Assembly (NCBI GenBank): GCA_963789395.1
Contig: CAWBKP010000020.1
Location: forward strand, 64,001 to 128,000
Source: an uncultured delta proteobacterium
GTDB taxonomy: Bacteria; Desulfobacterota; Desulfobacteria; Desulfobacterales; Desulfatirhabdiaceae
Direction of reading: 5' to 3'
Length of the DNA: 64,000 nucleotides
Both the position numbers and the translations under genes were made by a program. Of the stretch, positions 24,112 through 35,213 are shown in pieces. Position 1 is the stretch's first letter, and each line of letters opens with the position of its first letter. The notes under the pieces are model-generated. The model saw nothing but the letters and a program-made list of their open reading frames with translations. It had not been told where the DNA came from and searched no databases.

Positions 24112-24209
24112 GAAATTGCCTGTGAATGATTGATGAATGGCGTCAGACGCCAACAATCGGAATTGTGAGGGGCATGGAAATTCATGTGCCGTTACACTGC
24201 GCTCTTCTG

Positions 24210-25080
24210 TTACGGTTTGACCAGAGATGCATCCACGTTTTCCTGACGCAACCGATTCAGCACGGCTTCCGCCTCCGTTGAACTGGCATATTTTCCAATG
24301 GTAACCGTGTACCAGATGCCTTTTCCCTGAATCATCTTTGGCGTCTTTGTCGCCGATATCCCTTTGCTGCGAAGGCTTTCAATGAGTGCATCGGCGGATT
24401 TTCTGTCAACCATGGATGTCAGATGAACGGCAACCGGTTGTGCTGCTGTCGCCGCCTTGGTGTCGGAAACCGGGGGTTGCGGTTTTGGCGCTGCAGCGGA
24501 AGCGCGTTCCGGGGGTGGGGCAACCGGTCGTTCCGGAGCCGTCTCTCTTGCCTGAGATGCTTTAAGATCATACATGGATTTAATCTTGACTTCAGGTTCC
24601 GGTTTTATGGCATCCGGGGGATGTTCAACCGTTTCAGGCTTGGCAGCTGTTTGAAAATCCGATTTTACCGATGGCAGGCTGCGGTTCTTGAACAGGTTCC
24701 GGATGGGCAGGTTTGGGCGTTTCCGACGGCTTGATCGGCTTTTCCGGTACCGGAATCTGCATCATGCCGGAATCCTCTGATTTTTTTTTAAGCTCCTCGG
24801 GATATTCCAATTCGGCCTGAGTTGCAAGAATGTCTGTCTCGATATCGTTTTGAGTCTTTTGGTTATCCGTAAACGTCTTGGAAAGGAGTGCAATTTCAGT
24901 TTCGATTTTTTTATAATCAAACATGGCGGGCGCTGTTCCCCTGCCGACGAAAACACCTAGAAAAAACACGAACCCTGAAATGATAAAAATGACGCCGATC
25001 CACAGCGCGGATCTTTTCTGGTGAGGACCGGGTTGCGGATTGCCGGACTGTGCGTTCTCTGAATGATTATTGGTTTTCAT
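24210..25080 (-). CDS. SPOR-domain membrane-anchored cell division protein (FtsN/DedD-like); frameshift near 24640
   Basis: N-terminal TM (FFLGVFVGRG), Pro-rich linker, C-terminal SPOR-like domain (WYTVTIGKY); downstream of argS. Confidence 0.8.
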
Positions 25081-25136
25081 TGAAATTTTCCGTACAAAAC
25101 AATCAGGAAATCATGAACCAGCGGTGGTTCATGATC

Positions 25137-26802
25137 TTACATGGATTCCGGCGCGGAAACCCCCAGTAGCGACAGGCCGTTTGCGATAACCTGCTTTACA
25201 GCCTGCATCAGATAGAGCCTGGCTTGGGTCAACCGGGGGTCGTCGGTCAGCACCCGCTGCCGGTTGTAGTACGCATGAAAGGCCGCTGCCAGTTCCATCA
25301 GGAAAAAAGTGATGCGATGCGGCTCCATCAGTTCCGCACTGAAGCGGACGATTTCCGGGTATTTTACCATCATTTTGATCAGTGAAATATCCTCCGGCGT
25401 ATTCAGAAGGCAAAGGTCGGTCTCTGCCTCCGGTATCCCGGCGATTCCCAGCTCAATACTTTTTCGGACAATACTGCAGATTCTGGCGTGAACATACTGG
25501 ACATAATATACCGGATTGTCATTGGTTTTTTGTTTTGCCAGCTCAAGGTCGAAATCCAGCGTATTGTCGGAGCTTCGCGTTAAAAAAATAAATCTGGCAG
25601 CGTCTTTTCCGACTTCCTGAATCACATCCCGAAGCGTCACAAACTCACCCGCGCGGGTGGACATGGCCACGGGCGCGCCGGCCCGCAATAAACTGACCAG
25701 CTGTACCAGGATGACATGAAACTGATCTTTCCGGTATCCGCCGGATACAATGGCGGCAGTGACCCGGGGGATATATCCGTGATGATCCGCGCCCCATACG
25801 TCAATCACCTTTTCAAATCCCCTGGCGAACTTGTCATAGTGATAGGCGATATCGGAGGCGAAATAAGTGGTTTGTCCATTTTGACGGACCACTACCCGGT
25901 CTTTTTCATCCCCGTGAGACGTGGTGTCAAACCAGAGTGCACCCTCTTTTTCGTAAATGATGTTGCGATTTTTGAAATCGTCGATGACAGCAGCGACTTT
26001 TCCGGAATCATACAGGCCTTGTTCGCTGAACCAGCAGTCAAAAAAAACACCAAAAGATTCCAGATCCTGCTTCATGCCTTCCAAAATCAGATCGGCGGCA
26101 AATCGGGCACAGAACATCACGGCTTTTTCGTCGGGTTGATCCAGAAGATCCGTGCCTTTCAGATCAATGATCCGGCCGGCGAAATCCTTGATATAGTCGC
26201 CCTGATAGCAGTCATCGGGAAACCGGACGGATTCGCCCAGAAGTTCCTGATACCGGAGAAAGACGGATCTGCCCAGCGTGGTGATCTGTCTTCCGGAATC
26301 GTTGATATAGTATTCCTTTTGAACATCGTATCCGCAAAAGGACAGGATATTGGCCACACTGTCCCCGACGGCGGCGCCGCGGCCATGACCCACATGAAGG
26401 GGACCGGTCGGGTTGGAGCTGACAAATTCAACCTGGATTTTTTTTCCGTTGCCCACATTTGCCGCGCCATACCGGGAGCCCTGTTCGTGAACCTTCTTTA
26501 AAAATCCGATCCAGGATTCCGGCCGGAGATAAAAATTGATAAATCCCGGCCCGGCTATATCCATCCGATCAATCAGCCGGTCCGTATCCTGGATGTGTTT
26601 GACGATGGTTTCGGCAATTTTCCGGGGGGGCATTTTTTGAATTGCCGCCGAAACCATGGCGATATTGCAGGAATAATCCCCATGCGACAGGTTTTTGGGG
26701 ACTTCAATCACAAATTCCGGAAACGACGGGCGAAGCAAACGCGCCGTGTTCATGCGCCGCGGTCAGTGCCTGCAAAATGAGATGTTCGAGTTGCTGTTTC
26801 AT
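25137..26802 (-). CDS. argS: Arginine--tRNA ligase; frameshift near 26735, true start MKQQLEHL at 26802
   Basis: HGDYSCNIA, AGPGFINF, EFVSSNPTGPLHVGHGR, GADHHGY, MSTRAG, NPVYYVQYVHAR, GVSAPESM. Confidence 0.97.
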
Positions 26803-26903
26803 TAAAAATGCAATAAATCCAATTGGGTTATCAGGTTTGGGCGGCTTTTGAGCAAATTCATAAAGGGTTTTTCCGGTCAAGTCAAGAATCTTGACGGTCT
26901 GAG

Positions 26904-27350
26904 CTATACCTTGCCAAACACATACTTGCTGATCAAATCCTCAAAATCAATGGCGGATTCGGTTTCGGTGATCTGGTCTCCGGGTTTCAGTATGACGTCC
27001 GATCCGCCCGGAGTCAACTTGATATACCGGTCCCCGATCAGGCCGGAAGTCTTCACGGAGGCAATGACATCGTCTGTCAGTACGATATTTTTCTGTATTT
27101 TTAATTGGACCAGGGCCATCTGGCGTTTCGGATCGAATTTAATGGCATCCACCTGGCCAACTTGAACCCCGGCAATTTCAATCTGAGAGCCGGACTTCAG
27201 CCCCGCTGCGGACTTGAATCTGGCCTCCAGTGCATAGAAGTTGTCGCCGATCCATTGCATCTTGCCGAGTTGAATGGTTAAATATCCCACGCAGGCAATA
27301 CCGATCAGCATGAATACGCCAACAGCCATTTCAACGGACGTCTTTTGCAT
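26904..27350 (-). CDS. mlaD: MlaD, MCE-domain lipid asymmetry protein
   Basis: N-terminal TM, GLKSGSQIEIAGVQVGQV, KTSGLIGDRYI, EDLISKYVFG. Confidence 0.94.
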   Translation of the reverse strand: MQKTSVEMAVGVFMLIGIACVGYLTIQLGKMQWIGDNFYALEARFKSAAGLKSGSQIEIAGVQVGQVDAIKFDPKRQMALVQLKIQKNIVLTDDVIASVKTSGLIGDRYIKLTPGGSDVILKPGDQITETESAIDFEDLISKYVFGKV

Positions 27351-27362
27351 CTTTCCTCCAAA

Positions 27363-28577
27363 TCAGCATACTTTGAATTGATAAAACGGGTTTGAACTGG
27401 ACTCGGCAGTTTCCAGCAGCGTTTCCAGGCTGCTTTCCGGGGTGGCCTGGGCAAAGCCGACGCTGATGGAAAAACAGAAGTCCGGATTGGGTTTAATATC
27501 GATGAGATCTTTGCCTTGAATCTCACCGGCCAGGTTCTTGCAGAATGCATGGGCCTGGGTTCTGTCGGCATTGGAAATCAGAAGAACGATTTTGTTCAGC
27601 CCGAGCCGGGAACAGGAATCGACAATCGCAATTTTACGGCGAATTTTTAAAGCCAGGTTCTCAAGCACGGTCTGACCGGCGATATGCTCGGCATGTTCAT
27701 AGACCTGGTTGAGATTTTCAAACGTAAAAATAATCAGTGAAAAGGAAATATTGTGATTCTGCAGGCGCACCATTTCCTGCAAAAAACGCCACTCGACATT
27801 GTGCAGATTGCCCCTGTCGGCAGGGACGTCCTGCTGGTCTTCATATCCATAAATGAAGTTTCGAATTTCGGGAACCGCAGTGCGCTGAATTTCATCCGGG
27901 CTTCCTTCAAACAGAATGCGACCCTCGTTCAGCATGGCAACCCGCTGAGAGATATAGAAAATATCCGGAATTTCATGACTGACCACAATACCGGTAAACC
28001 CGAATTTCTTCTGATAGTCGGATATCATGCCGAGAACGGCGTTTTTTCGAATGGGATCCAGGCCTGTTGTGGGTTCGTCAAATAGAATGATTTCCGGGTC
28101 AGTCATCAACGCCCTTGCCAGCGCCACCCGTTTTCTCATGCCGCCGGAGAGCTGGGACGGATATTTGTCTTCTATTCCCCGAATATCCAGATGGGCCATT
28201 TTTTCAGAAGCGCGCCGGCGGATTTCCTTTTCCGGCAAAGACTCCGTCTCCTTCAGCGGCAGTGCAACGTTTTCATACACCGTCAGCGAATCAAACAGGG
28301 CGTTTCCCTGAAACATGTAGCTGAATTTTCGTTTCAGGGTTTTTCGTTCGGCGCGTTTCATTCCGGAAAGGGGCTGGCCATTAAAGAGAATCTGGCCGGC
28401 ATCCGGCTCCACAAGTCCGATAATGTGCTTCAGCAGCACGCTTTTCCCGCCCCCGCTCTTTCCAATGATAGTGGTGATCTCTCCCTGAAAAATGCTGAGC
28501 GTTATTCCGTCCAGAACCTTGTTGGAGCCGAATGTTTTTTGAATGTCATTCAATTGAATCAGCGGTGTTTTCGTCAT
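27363..28577 (-). CDS. mlaF: MlaF ABC ATPase fused to a C-terminal degenerate GGDEF-like domain
   Basis: GKSGGGKS, LSGGMRKRVALARA, FDEPTTGLDP, VSHE; an extra ~150 aa follow the GGDEF pattern (see findings). Confidence 0.9.
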   Translation of the reverse strand: MTKTPLIQLNDIQKTFGSNKVLDGITLSIFQGEITTIIGKSGGGKSVLLKHIIGLVEPDAGQILFNGQPLSGMKRAERKTLKRKFSYMFQGNALFDSLTVYENVALPLKETESLPEKEIRRRASEKMAHLDIRGIEDKYPSQLSGGMRKRVALARALMTDPEIILFDEPTTGLDPIRKNAVLGMISDYQKKFGFTGIVVSHEIPDIFYISQRVAMLNEGRILFEGSPDEIQRTAVPEIRNFIYGYEDQQDVPADRGNLHNVEWRFLQEMVRLQNHNISFSLIIFTFENLNQVYEHAEHIAGQTVLENLALKIRRKIAIVDSCSRLGLNKIVLLISNADRTQAHAFCKNLAGEIQGKDLIDIKPNPDFCFSISVGFAQATPESSLETLLETAESSSNPFYQFKVC

Positions 28578-28596
28578 GGATCACCAGTATAAGACG

Positions 28597-29400
28597 CTAC
28601 AGTAGAATTGAAGTCAGGATGTAATCCGTAATCAGTACCAGAACGCAGGACAGGACCACGGCGGATGTTGTTGAAAGACTGACGCCTTTGGATCCGAACC
28701 CATCGGTCTGCAAATGGGTAAAATATCCCTTGAAACAGCAGACGGTTACCACCACCAATGCAAACACGATGGATTTGGCAAAGCCGCCGGAAATGTCCTT
28801 CATCACCACGCTGGATTCAACACGTGCAAAATAAATGCCCGGATTGATACCCAGAAGGACCGAACCCGTCAGATATCCGCCAAAAATCCCGATGACATCA
28901 AATAAGGCGGTCAGCAGCGGAAAACTGATGAGCGCAGCGGCGATTCTGGGACTGACCAGATACCTTACCGGGTCGATGTCCATGGTTTCAAGCGCATCGA
29001 TCTGCTCGGATATCCGCATGATGCCGATTTCCGCCGCCATAGCGGAACCGGCTCTGCCGACAACCATGATCGCGGTAAGAACCGGCCCCATTTCCCGCAC
29101 CAGCGACAGGGCCACGGCTGCGCCCAGCATGCCTTCGGAGCCGAATTTCACCAGCGTGTAATATCCCTGAAGGCCCAGTACCATTCCGGTGAATGCGCCT
29201 GTCAGGCAGATGACAAAAACGGATTTCATGCCGATAAAAAAAACCTGTTCGACTATTTTATAAATCTGGAGCGGCCAGGAAAAAATATGAATTACTCCCC
29301 AGATAAAAAACATGGTCATTTTACCCAGACCCCGGACAGGGGAAAGGGTTATTCGCCCAGGGTTAGAAACCGACAGTTTAACAGTAGTCAGGATTGTCAT
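28597..29400 (-). CDS. mlaE: MlaE ABC permease
   Basis: FTGMVLGLQG, VREMGPVLTAIMVVGRAGSAMAAEIG, EQIDALETM, STTSAVV. Confidence 0.95.
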   Translation of the reverse strand: MTILTTVKLSVSNPGRITLSPVRGLGKMTMFFIWGVIHIFSWPLQIYKIVEQVFFIGMKSVFVICLTGAFTGMVLGLQGYYTLVKFGSEGMLGAAVALSLVREMGPVLTAIMVVGRAGSAMAAEIGIMRISEQIDALETMDIDPVRYLVSPRIAAALISFPLLTALFDVIGIFGGYLTGSVLLGINPGIYFARVESSVVMKDISGGFAKSIVFALVVVTVCCFKGYFTHLQTDGFGSKGVSLSTTSAVVLSCVLVLITDYILTSILL

Positions 29401-29713
29401 GGATAACCCCTTTTTCACAGCAAGCTTATTATTAATCGTATGCATACTACAGCGAAAAATCCGGATGTGTCAAGCCAATGCCATTGTCTGAATCAAGAAT
29501 TTTATCCAAAGGAAAAAAGGCATTCCAGGAAAAACCCTTCATGCAATGCGGTGCATCTAAAGCAGCAGTCGATAAATCTGTGGTTTTCCGGAAACAATCA
29601 AAATATCGCTTGCTTTTTCAAATGGCTAACACTTAAAATATGAACAATGTAATTATATTATTCTACTAAAACCGGCAATAAATTGATTTGCCTTGACTTA
29701 CAGGAGTGTGTTT

Positions 29714-30342
29714 ATGTCGACAATACGAATCCGTAGTTTATTTGCATTGGGTATGATGCTGTTGCTGGTGCTTGACAGGGGTATGCAGGCCTGTCAGCGG
29801 CCACCTCTCCCCTGGAAGCGTTGAAAATTCCGGTCGAAACGGTGCTGGGTCTTTTAAAAGATCCGAAATACAAGGACCCGGATCAGCGTCAGCAACAGCG
29901 GGACAAAATTTTCGCCATTACCCGAAAGTTGTTTGATTATACCGAAATGTCCAAGCGGGCGCTTGCCCGTAACTGGAAATCGTTCAGTCCTCAGGAGCAG
30001 CTGCAATTTGTCGATGTTTTTGCCGACCATCTCAGCAATTCCTATATGGATAAGGTTCAGGGCGAATACAAGGGTGAGACAGTTGTTTTCCTGGGCCAGG
30101 AGATGGTTGCCGATGGAAAGGCATTGGTGACAACCAAAGTCGAGCGTCAGCCCAGCGATATCTCGGTGGATTACAGCATGCTTTTGGTCGATAACCAGTG
30201 GCGGGTATATGATGTCAACATCGAGGGTGTCAGTCTGATCAAGAATTACCGTAGCCAGTTTGATCAGATTCTGGTCAAGGAAACTCCCGCACAGTTGATC
30301 GAACGCCTGAAGAAGAAAGTTGACGTGAAAATCGGAAACTAA
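29714..30342 (+). CDS. mlaC: MlaC/Ttg2D periplasmic lipid-binding protein; frameshift in the signal peptide
   Basis: FDYTEMSKRALARNW, WRVYDVNIEGVSLIKNYRSQF; AGGAG and ATG at 29714 precede a signal peptide in another frame. Confidence 0.9.
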
Positions 30343-30355
30343 CGCTGTATGGAGC

Positions 30356-31141
30356 GTGACAAATCCGCCCATAGGAAGAGAGGTTTTTTTGAAAAAGACA
30401 GCGATTATTCTGATCCTATCCGGTTTGCTCATGATGTTGCCAAGCATTCAGGCCGGCTATTCCGCAGACTCTCCGGCTGCCCGGACCACGTCATCTGATG
30501 ACGAAGATTATCTGGATGATGAAGAGCCGCGTGCCACCGTTGCCGATCCGCTTTCCGGACTGAACCGGGCCGTATTTGAATTTAATGACAAGGCGTATTT
30601 CTGGGTCTTGAAACCCGTTGCCCAGGGATATAAGGCAGTCGTTCCTTCACCGGTCCGGCAGGGTATCTCTGAATTTTTTTTACAATCTGAAAGCACCGGT
30701 CCGGATCGCCAACTGTTTTTTACAGGGAAAAATGGAGGCCATGGCAAGCGAGATGGCCCGGTTTGTTTACAACACGACGTTTGGTATTTTGGGATTCTGG
30801 GACCCGGCAAAGGATTACCCCCATCTGAATCCGCCGGAAGAAGATTTCGGGCAGACGCTTGGATTATTTGGCATCGGCAACGGCATCTATCTGGTGCTGC
30901 CCTTGCTCGGGCCGTCCACGCTTCGGGACACGGTGGGCTTAGGAGGAGACTATTGTCTGAGTCCTACGACATATATTGATCCTGAGCGCGATTGACCTGG
31001 TCAATGAAAGTCGAGGAAGATGTCAATGCTCTGTCGTTTCGAATCGGTGATTATGAGAAATTGAAGGATGCGGCCATTATCCCCTATGAGTCGTTCAAAG
31101 ACGGGTATCTCCAGTATCGGAAGAAGAAAATTGAAGAGTAA
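30356..31141 (+). CDS. mlaA: MlaA/VacJ family protein; frameshifts near 30680 and 30990
   Basis: DPLSGLNRAVFEFND, RFVYNTTFGILG, EDFGQTLG, YLVLPLLGPSTLRD, PYESFKDGYLQYR. Confidence 0.9.
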
Positions 31142-31159
31142 TGGCTTTCAGGCAAGTTT

Positions 31160-32311
31160 ATGAAACTGACATCCAAACTTCCGGATACAGGCGTAACGAT
31201 ATTTACCCGAATGACGGCGCTGGCCAATGCGCATGGCGCCATCAATCTTTCCCAGGGATTTCCGGACTTTGAAATTTCGGCCGATCTGATCGCAGGCGTT
31301 TACGACCACATGTGTTCCGGAAAGAACCAGTATGCCCCCATGCAGGGGGTTCCGGCGCTTCGGGAACGAATTGCAGAAAAAGTCTTTCAGCTCCATCAGG
31401 CCGCATATGATCCGGATTCTGAGATCACCATTACTTCCGGGGCCACGGAGGCTATTTTTGACGCCATCACCGCCGTGGTGCATCCCGGCGATGAAGTCAT
31501 CGTTTTTGAACCGGCGTACGATTCCTATGTGCCGGCCATCCTGCTTTGCGGCGGGGTTCCCGTTTTTGTGAAACTGCATCATCCGGATTACCACATCAAC
31601 TGGGATGAGGTTGCCGGCGCCGTCAATTCAAAAACACGCCTGATCATCCTGAACTCTCCCCATAATCCCACCGGAGCGGTATTGACGGAAACAGACATCG
31701 CCGCATTGATCGGGATTGTTCGCAATACGGATGTATTTATCCTGAGCGATGAGGTTTACGAACACATCATTTTCGACGGCAGGGTACATGAAAGCATGTG
31801 CCGGCATCCCGAACTCAGTCAGCGCAGTTTTGTGGTCTGTTCTTTCGGAAAAATGGTTCACGCAACCGGATGGAAAACCGGGTACTGTCTGGCGCCCCGG
31901 GCCCTTTCACAGGAATTTCAAAAAATTCATCAGTTTGTCACATTTGCGTCCAATACCCCTGTTCAACACGCCCTTGCTGACTATCTCTCCATTCCGGGTG
32001 TTTATTTAGGCTTGTCCGCATTTTATCAGGACAAGCGGGATTTCTTTCGATCCCTGATTGCTGGCTCGCAGTTTAAGGTGCTGCCCTGTCTGGGGTCATA
32101 TTTTCAGCTCCTGGATTATACGAACCTGTCTGATGAACCGGATGAGGTGTTTGCAAACCGACTGACCACCGAATTCGGGGTTGCCGCCATTCCGCCGTCG
32201 GTGTTTTATCAGGACCGTGAAGATCACCGGGTACTGCGGTTCTGTTTTGCCAAGACTTCCCGGACCCTTGAAGCCGCGGCGGAAAGACTCTGCCGCATTC
32301 CGTGCCCTTAA
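31160..32311 (+). CDS. ybdL: PLP-dependent methionine/kynurenine aminotransferase (YbdL-like)
   Basis: SKLPDTGVTIF, INLSQGFPDF, NSPHNPTG, SDEVYEH, SFGKMVHATGWKTGY, LRFCFAK. Confidence 0.88.
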   Translation: MKLTSKLPDTGVTIFTRMTALANAHGAINLSQGFPDFEISADLIAGVYDHMCSGKNQYAPMQGVPALRERIAEKVFQLHQAAYDPDSEITITSGATEAIFDAITAVVHPGDEVIVFEPAYDSYVPAILLCGGVPVFVKLHHPDYHINWDEVAGAVNSKTRLIILNSPHNPTGAVLTETDIAALIGIVRNTDVFILSDEVYEHIIFDGRVHESMCRHPELSQRSFVVCSFGKMVHATGWKTGYCLAPRALSQEFQKIHQFVTFASNTPVQHALADYLSIPGVYLGLSAFYQDKRDFFRSLIAGSQFKVLPCLGSYFQLLDYTNLSDEPDEVFANRLTTEFGVAAIPPSVFYQDREDHRVLRFCFAKTSRTLEAAAERLCRIPCP

Positions 32312-32399
32312 GCACCATGACCTTTTTCTGAAAGTCCCGCATCCGTAAAAAGTCAGGATTTACTGGCGCCCGACTCCTGACTGATGCTGTATAAAGATT

Positions 32400-33917
32400 A
32401 TGCCCGAGATCCTGCACACGCAAATCAACGCCTATCTAAACGAATTGAAAACCGCATCCGGCAGCAGGCCGCTGCCGCAGGTCATGCTGATTTTCGGGGA
32501 TGAACTTCTTTATAAATCCGCGCTGCAAACCCTGCTGGATGCGATCATTCGTCCGGAAAATCAGGCATTCGGTTATGAGCCCGTGGACGGCATTCCGGAA
32601 AATGTTTATCCAGCCATAGAAAAGATCAATACGTATTCGTTTTTATCGGGCCAAAAAGTCGTCGGGTTTCTGGACACGCGGATATTTTACGCCAAAAAAA
32701 ACAGCGCCGACATTCTTGAAAAAGCAAGGGAATCTTACAACGGGAAGGATTTAAAAACAGCGGCCCGGTATTTCGTCAGTCTGCTGTCGGTAACAGGGCT
32801 TTCCCTGGAAGATGTTCGGGACAAAACCTATACCGGCCTGAATGTGGATTTGGATGCCCTTGGTGATACGACATGGTTGGACACGCTGGTGGATTACTGC
32901 GTGGAAAATCCCGTGATGATGGATGCCTCCACCGGCGACGACCCTGCCAAAACCCTTCAGCAGGCTGTAGAAAAAGGATTTCCCTCCGGCAACCATCTGA
33001 TTCTGACTTCGGATATGGTGGACAAGCGCAAAGGGCTGTACAAGGCGATTGCGGAAAACGGTCTGGTTATCGACTGCTCCGTGCCAAAGGGGGAAAACTG
33101 GGCGGACCGGCAGGCGCAGGGCGCCTTGCTTGCCGAGCAGATGAAAACTATTCTGGCGCCGTTCGGCAAGACCCTGGAAAAGGCGGCTTTTCAGAAGCTT
33201 GTGGAAATGACGGGGTTTGACCTCAGGATGTTTGCCGGAAACCTTGAAAAACTGGTGCAGGTTGTGGGAGACCGGAAAACCATCGCTGTTGAAGATGTCG
33301 AATCCGCGCTTCCCCGCACCCGCCAGGATCCGGTCTTTGAGCTGACCAATGCCGTGACTGACAGAAATTATGATGCGGCGGCGTTTTACCTGAAATCCCT
33401 GCTCTCACAAGGATTTTTTCCGCTTCAGATTATTGCGGCCATCATCAATCAGGTGAGAAAGGTTCTTGTCGTAAAAGATTTCCTGGAAAGTCCGGCAGGC
33501 AAGTTCTGGCGGCCCGGATTAACGTTTGACCAATTCAAAAAGCAATTTAGCCAGACCATTCTGCCCGCGCTTCAGGCCCATGACGCGGTCCTGATCACCC
33601 GGCTGGGGGAATGGGAAGCCCGGCTGCAATCAAAACCCGAATCCGATGCGCCGCAGCCGGATAAAAAGAAGAAAAAGCCGGCGCGTTCCGAGAAAAAACC
33701 AGCCCAGCCCGCAAGCGATCTGCTGCTGGCAAAACAATCCGCCAGCCCGTACCCGCTCTTTTTGTCGATGCAAAAATCCGATCGGTTTTCAAGGGAGGAG
33801 TTGACTCAGGCCGTCATCACCCTGGATGAGGCGAATTTAAGCCTCAAGTCCAGCGGTCTGAATCCGGAGCTGATTCTGGATAGAATGATACTGAAAATCT
33901 GCGGATTGCCCCGTTAA
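32400..33917 (+). CDS. holA: DNA polymerase III delta subunit, long form
   Basis: VMLIFGDE, VDKRKGLYK, MTGFDLRMFAGNLEKL, VFELTNAV, C-terminal LSLKSSG..ELILDRMILKIC. Confidence 0.8.
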   Translation: MPEILHTQINAYLNELKTASGSRPLPQVMLIFGDELLYKSALQTLLDAIIRPENQAFGYEPVDGIPENVYPAIEKINTYSFLSGQKVVGFLDTRIFYAKKNSADILEKARESYNGKDLKTAARYFVSLLSVTGLSLEDVRDKTYTGLNVDLDALGDTTWLDTLVDYCVENPVMMDASTGDDPAKTLQQAVEKGFPSGNHLILTSDMVDKRKGLYKAIAENGLVIDCSVPKGENWADRQAQGALLAEQMKTILAPFGKTLEKAAFQKLVEMTGFDLRMFAGNLEKLVQVVGDRKTIAVEDVESALPRTRQDPVFELTNAVTDRNYDAAAFYLKSLLSQGFFPLQIIAAIINQVRKVLVVKDFLESPAGKFWRPGLTFDQFKKQFSQTILPALQAHDAVLITRLGEWEARLQSKPESDAPQPDKKKKKPARSEKKPAQPASDLLLAKQSASPYPLFLSMQKSDRFSREELTQAVITLDEANLSLKSSGLNPELILDRMILKICGLPR

Positions 33918-34681
33918 GCCGTATTGCAGTTCTTTGATGCCAGATGGTTGATGATGCTGGCCTGGTATCCGGCGCCGAATCCATTGTCAATGTTGACGAC
34001 TGAGACTCCGGAGGCGCAGCTGTTGAGCATGCTGAGAAGCGCGGCAATCCCGCCGAAGCTGGCGCCGTAGCCGATGCTGGTGGGAACGCCGATGACCGGA
34101 CAGGAGACCAGGCCGCCGACCACGCTGGCAAGGGCGCCTTCCATTCCGGCCACGACCACGGCCACATTGGCCTTGGACAGATCCTCCCAGACGGCCAGGA
34201 GCCGGTGGATCCCGGCAACGCCCACATCATACAGCCGGCTGACCTGATTCCCCAGTGTTTCGGCGGTGACTGCGGCTTCTTCGGCAACGGGCATATCGGA
34301 GGTGCCGGCGGAAACCACGACAATCCGGCCTGTTTTTTCAAGAGGATCCGGACGGATCACAACGATTCTGGCCATCTCGTGGTAGGTGCAGGGAAGTTCG
34401 ACGGCCTGAATGGCCGCATACACGTCAGGCCCCGCTCGGGTGGCCAGGATGTTCCGGTGGCGCTCGGCAAGCTTTTGAACAATTCCCTGGATCTGCGGCA
34501 GGGTTTTTCCCTGGCAGTAGATGACTTCCGGCGCACCGTTTCGAAGACAGCGGTGATGATCGATGCGTGCAAATCCGATGTTTTCAAACGGCAGGCGCTT
34601 AAGAATGTCCATCGCCGCGTCCGCGCCGATCCGGCCGCCTTGAATTTTCTCGATCAATTCTTTTAAATACGAATCATCCAT
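33914..34681 (-). CDS. larB: Nickel-pincer cofactor biosynthesis protein LarB
   Basis: FARIDHHR, PEVIYCQGKT, AGTSDMPVAEEA, DVGVAGIHRL, AGMEGAL, VPTSIGYG, MLNSCA, VVNIDNGFGA. Confidence 0.95.
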   Translation of the reverse strand: MDDSYLKELIEKIQGGRIGADAAMDILKRLPFENIGFARIDHHRCLRNGAPEVIYCQGKTLPQIQGIVQKLAERHRNILATRAGPDVYAAIQAVELPCTYHEMARIVVIRPDPLEKTGRIVVVSAGTSDMPVAEEAAVTAETLGNQVSRLYDVGVAGIHRLLAVWEDLSKANVAVVVAGMEGALASVVGGLVSCPVIGVPTSIGYGASFGGIAALLSMLNSCASGVSVVNIDNGFGAGYQASIINHLASKNCNTA

Positions 34682-35213
34682 ACCGAATATCCCGTCTGTG
34701 TTGGTATTGTCGGTAACGTTAGCGATGAATGGATGCCGAGTCAACAAAATATCTCTGCACCTCCGGATTTCTTTTAGCTTCCAGGGAGTAATTTCCGAGA
34801 GTGAAGTCGAAGCAGTGCCGGGGTCATCTGGTCCGATTCTTCGGGTTTCTGTATTAAGGCATCCGCGCAGATTTAAAGAAAAATGGCTTGCCTTGGATGC
34901 CGAAAAATGTCATTAAAACCGTATGATATGTCAATAAGAATTCAACTTTATGGCCGGCGACTTTTATAGGGGACTGTTTCCTGGTTTTAAGTGCATCCTG
35001 CAAAAATGGGCAGGTTATCCGATTCGGTTCGAATTTGACAAATCATCCTCCCGGTCCCGGCGACGGAGCCGTTTTGTAACAATACAGCGTTCGGCCCGCA
35101 TCCGGCCAGCAATTGGGAACGTCCCGGCAATCCGAAGAGAGCAGGGGGAAGAAATTTTCAGGCGGATGTGAGCGGACAGTACAGACAACCTTTTTGTGAA
35201 AGGAGAAGACGAC

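Noticed and set aside
26881..26895. GTCAAG-AAT-CTTGAC palindrome as a second HcpR site
   Set aside because: Half-sites are in the opposite order to the HcpR box; more likely argS promoter sequence or chance.
1..31141. qmoA, qmoB, mutL, argS, mlaC and mlaA as pseudogenes or programmed frameshifts
   Set aside because: Several are essential or core genes with intact motifs and no consistent slippery signal, so sequencing error is more parsimonious.
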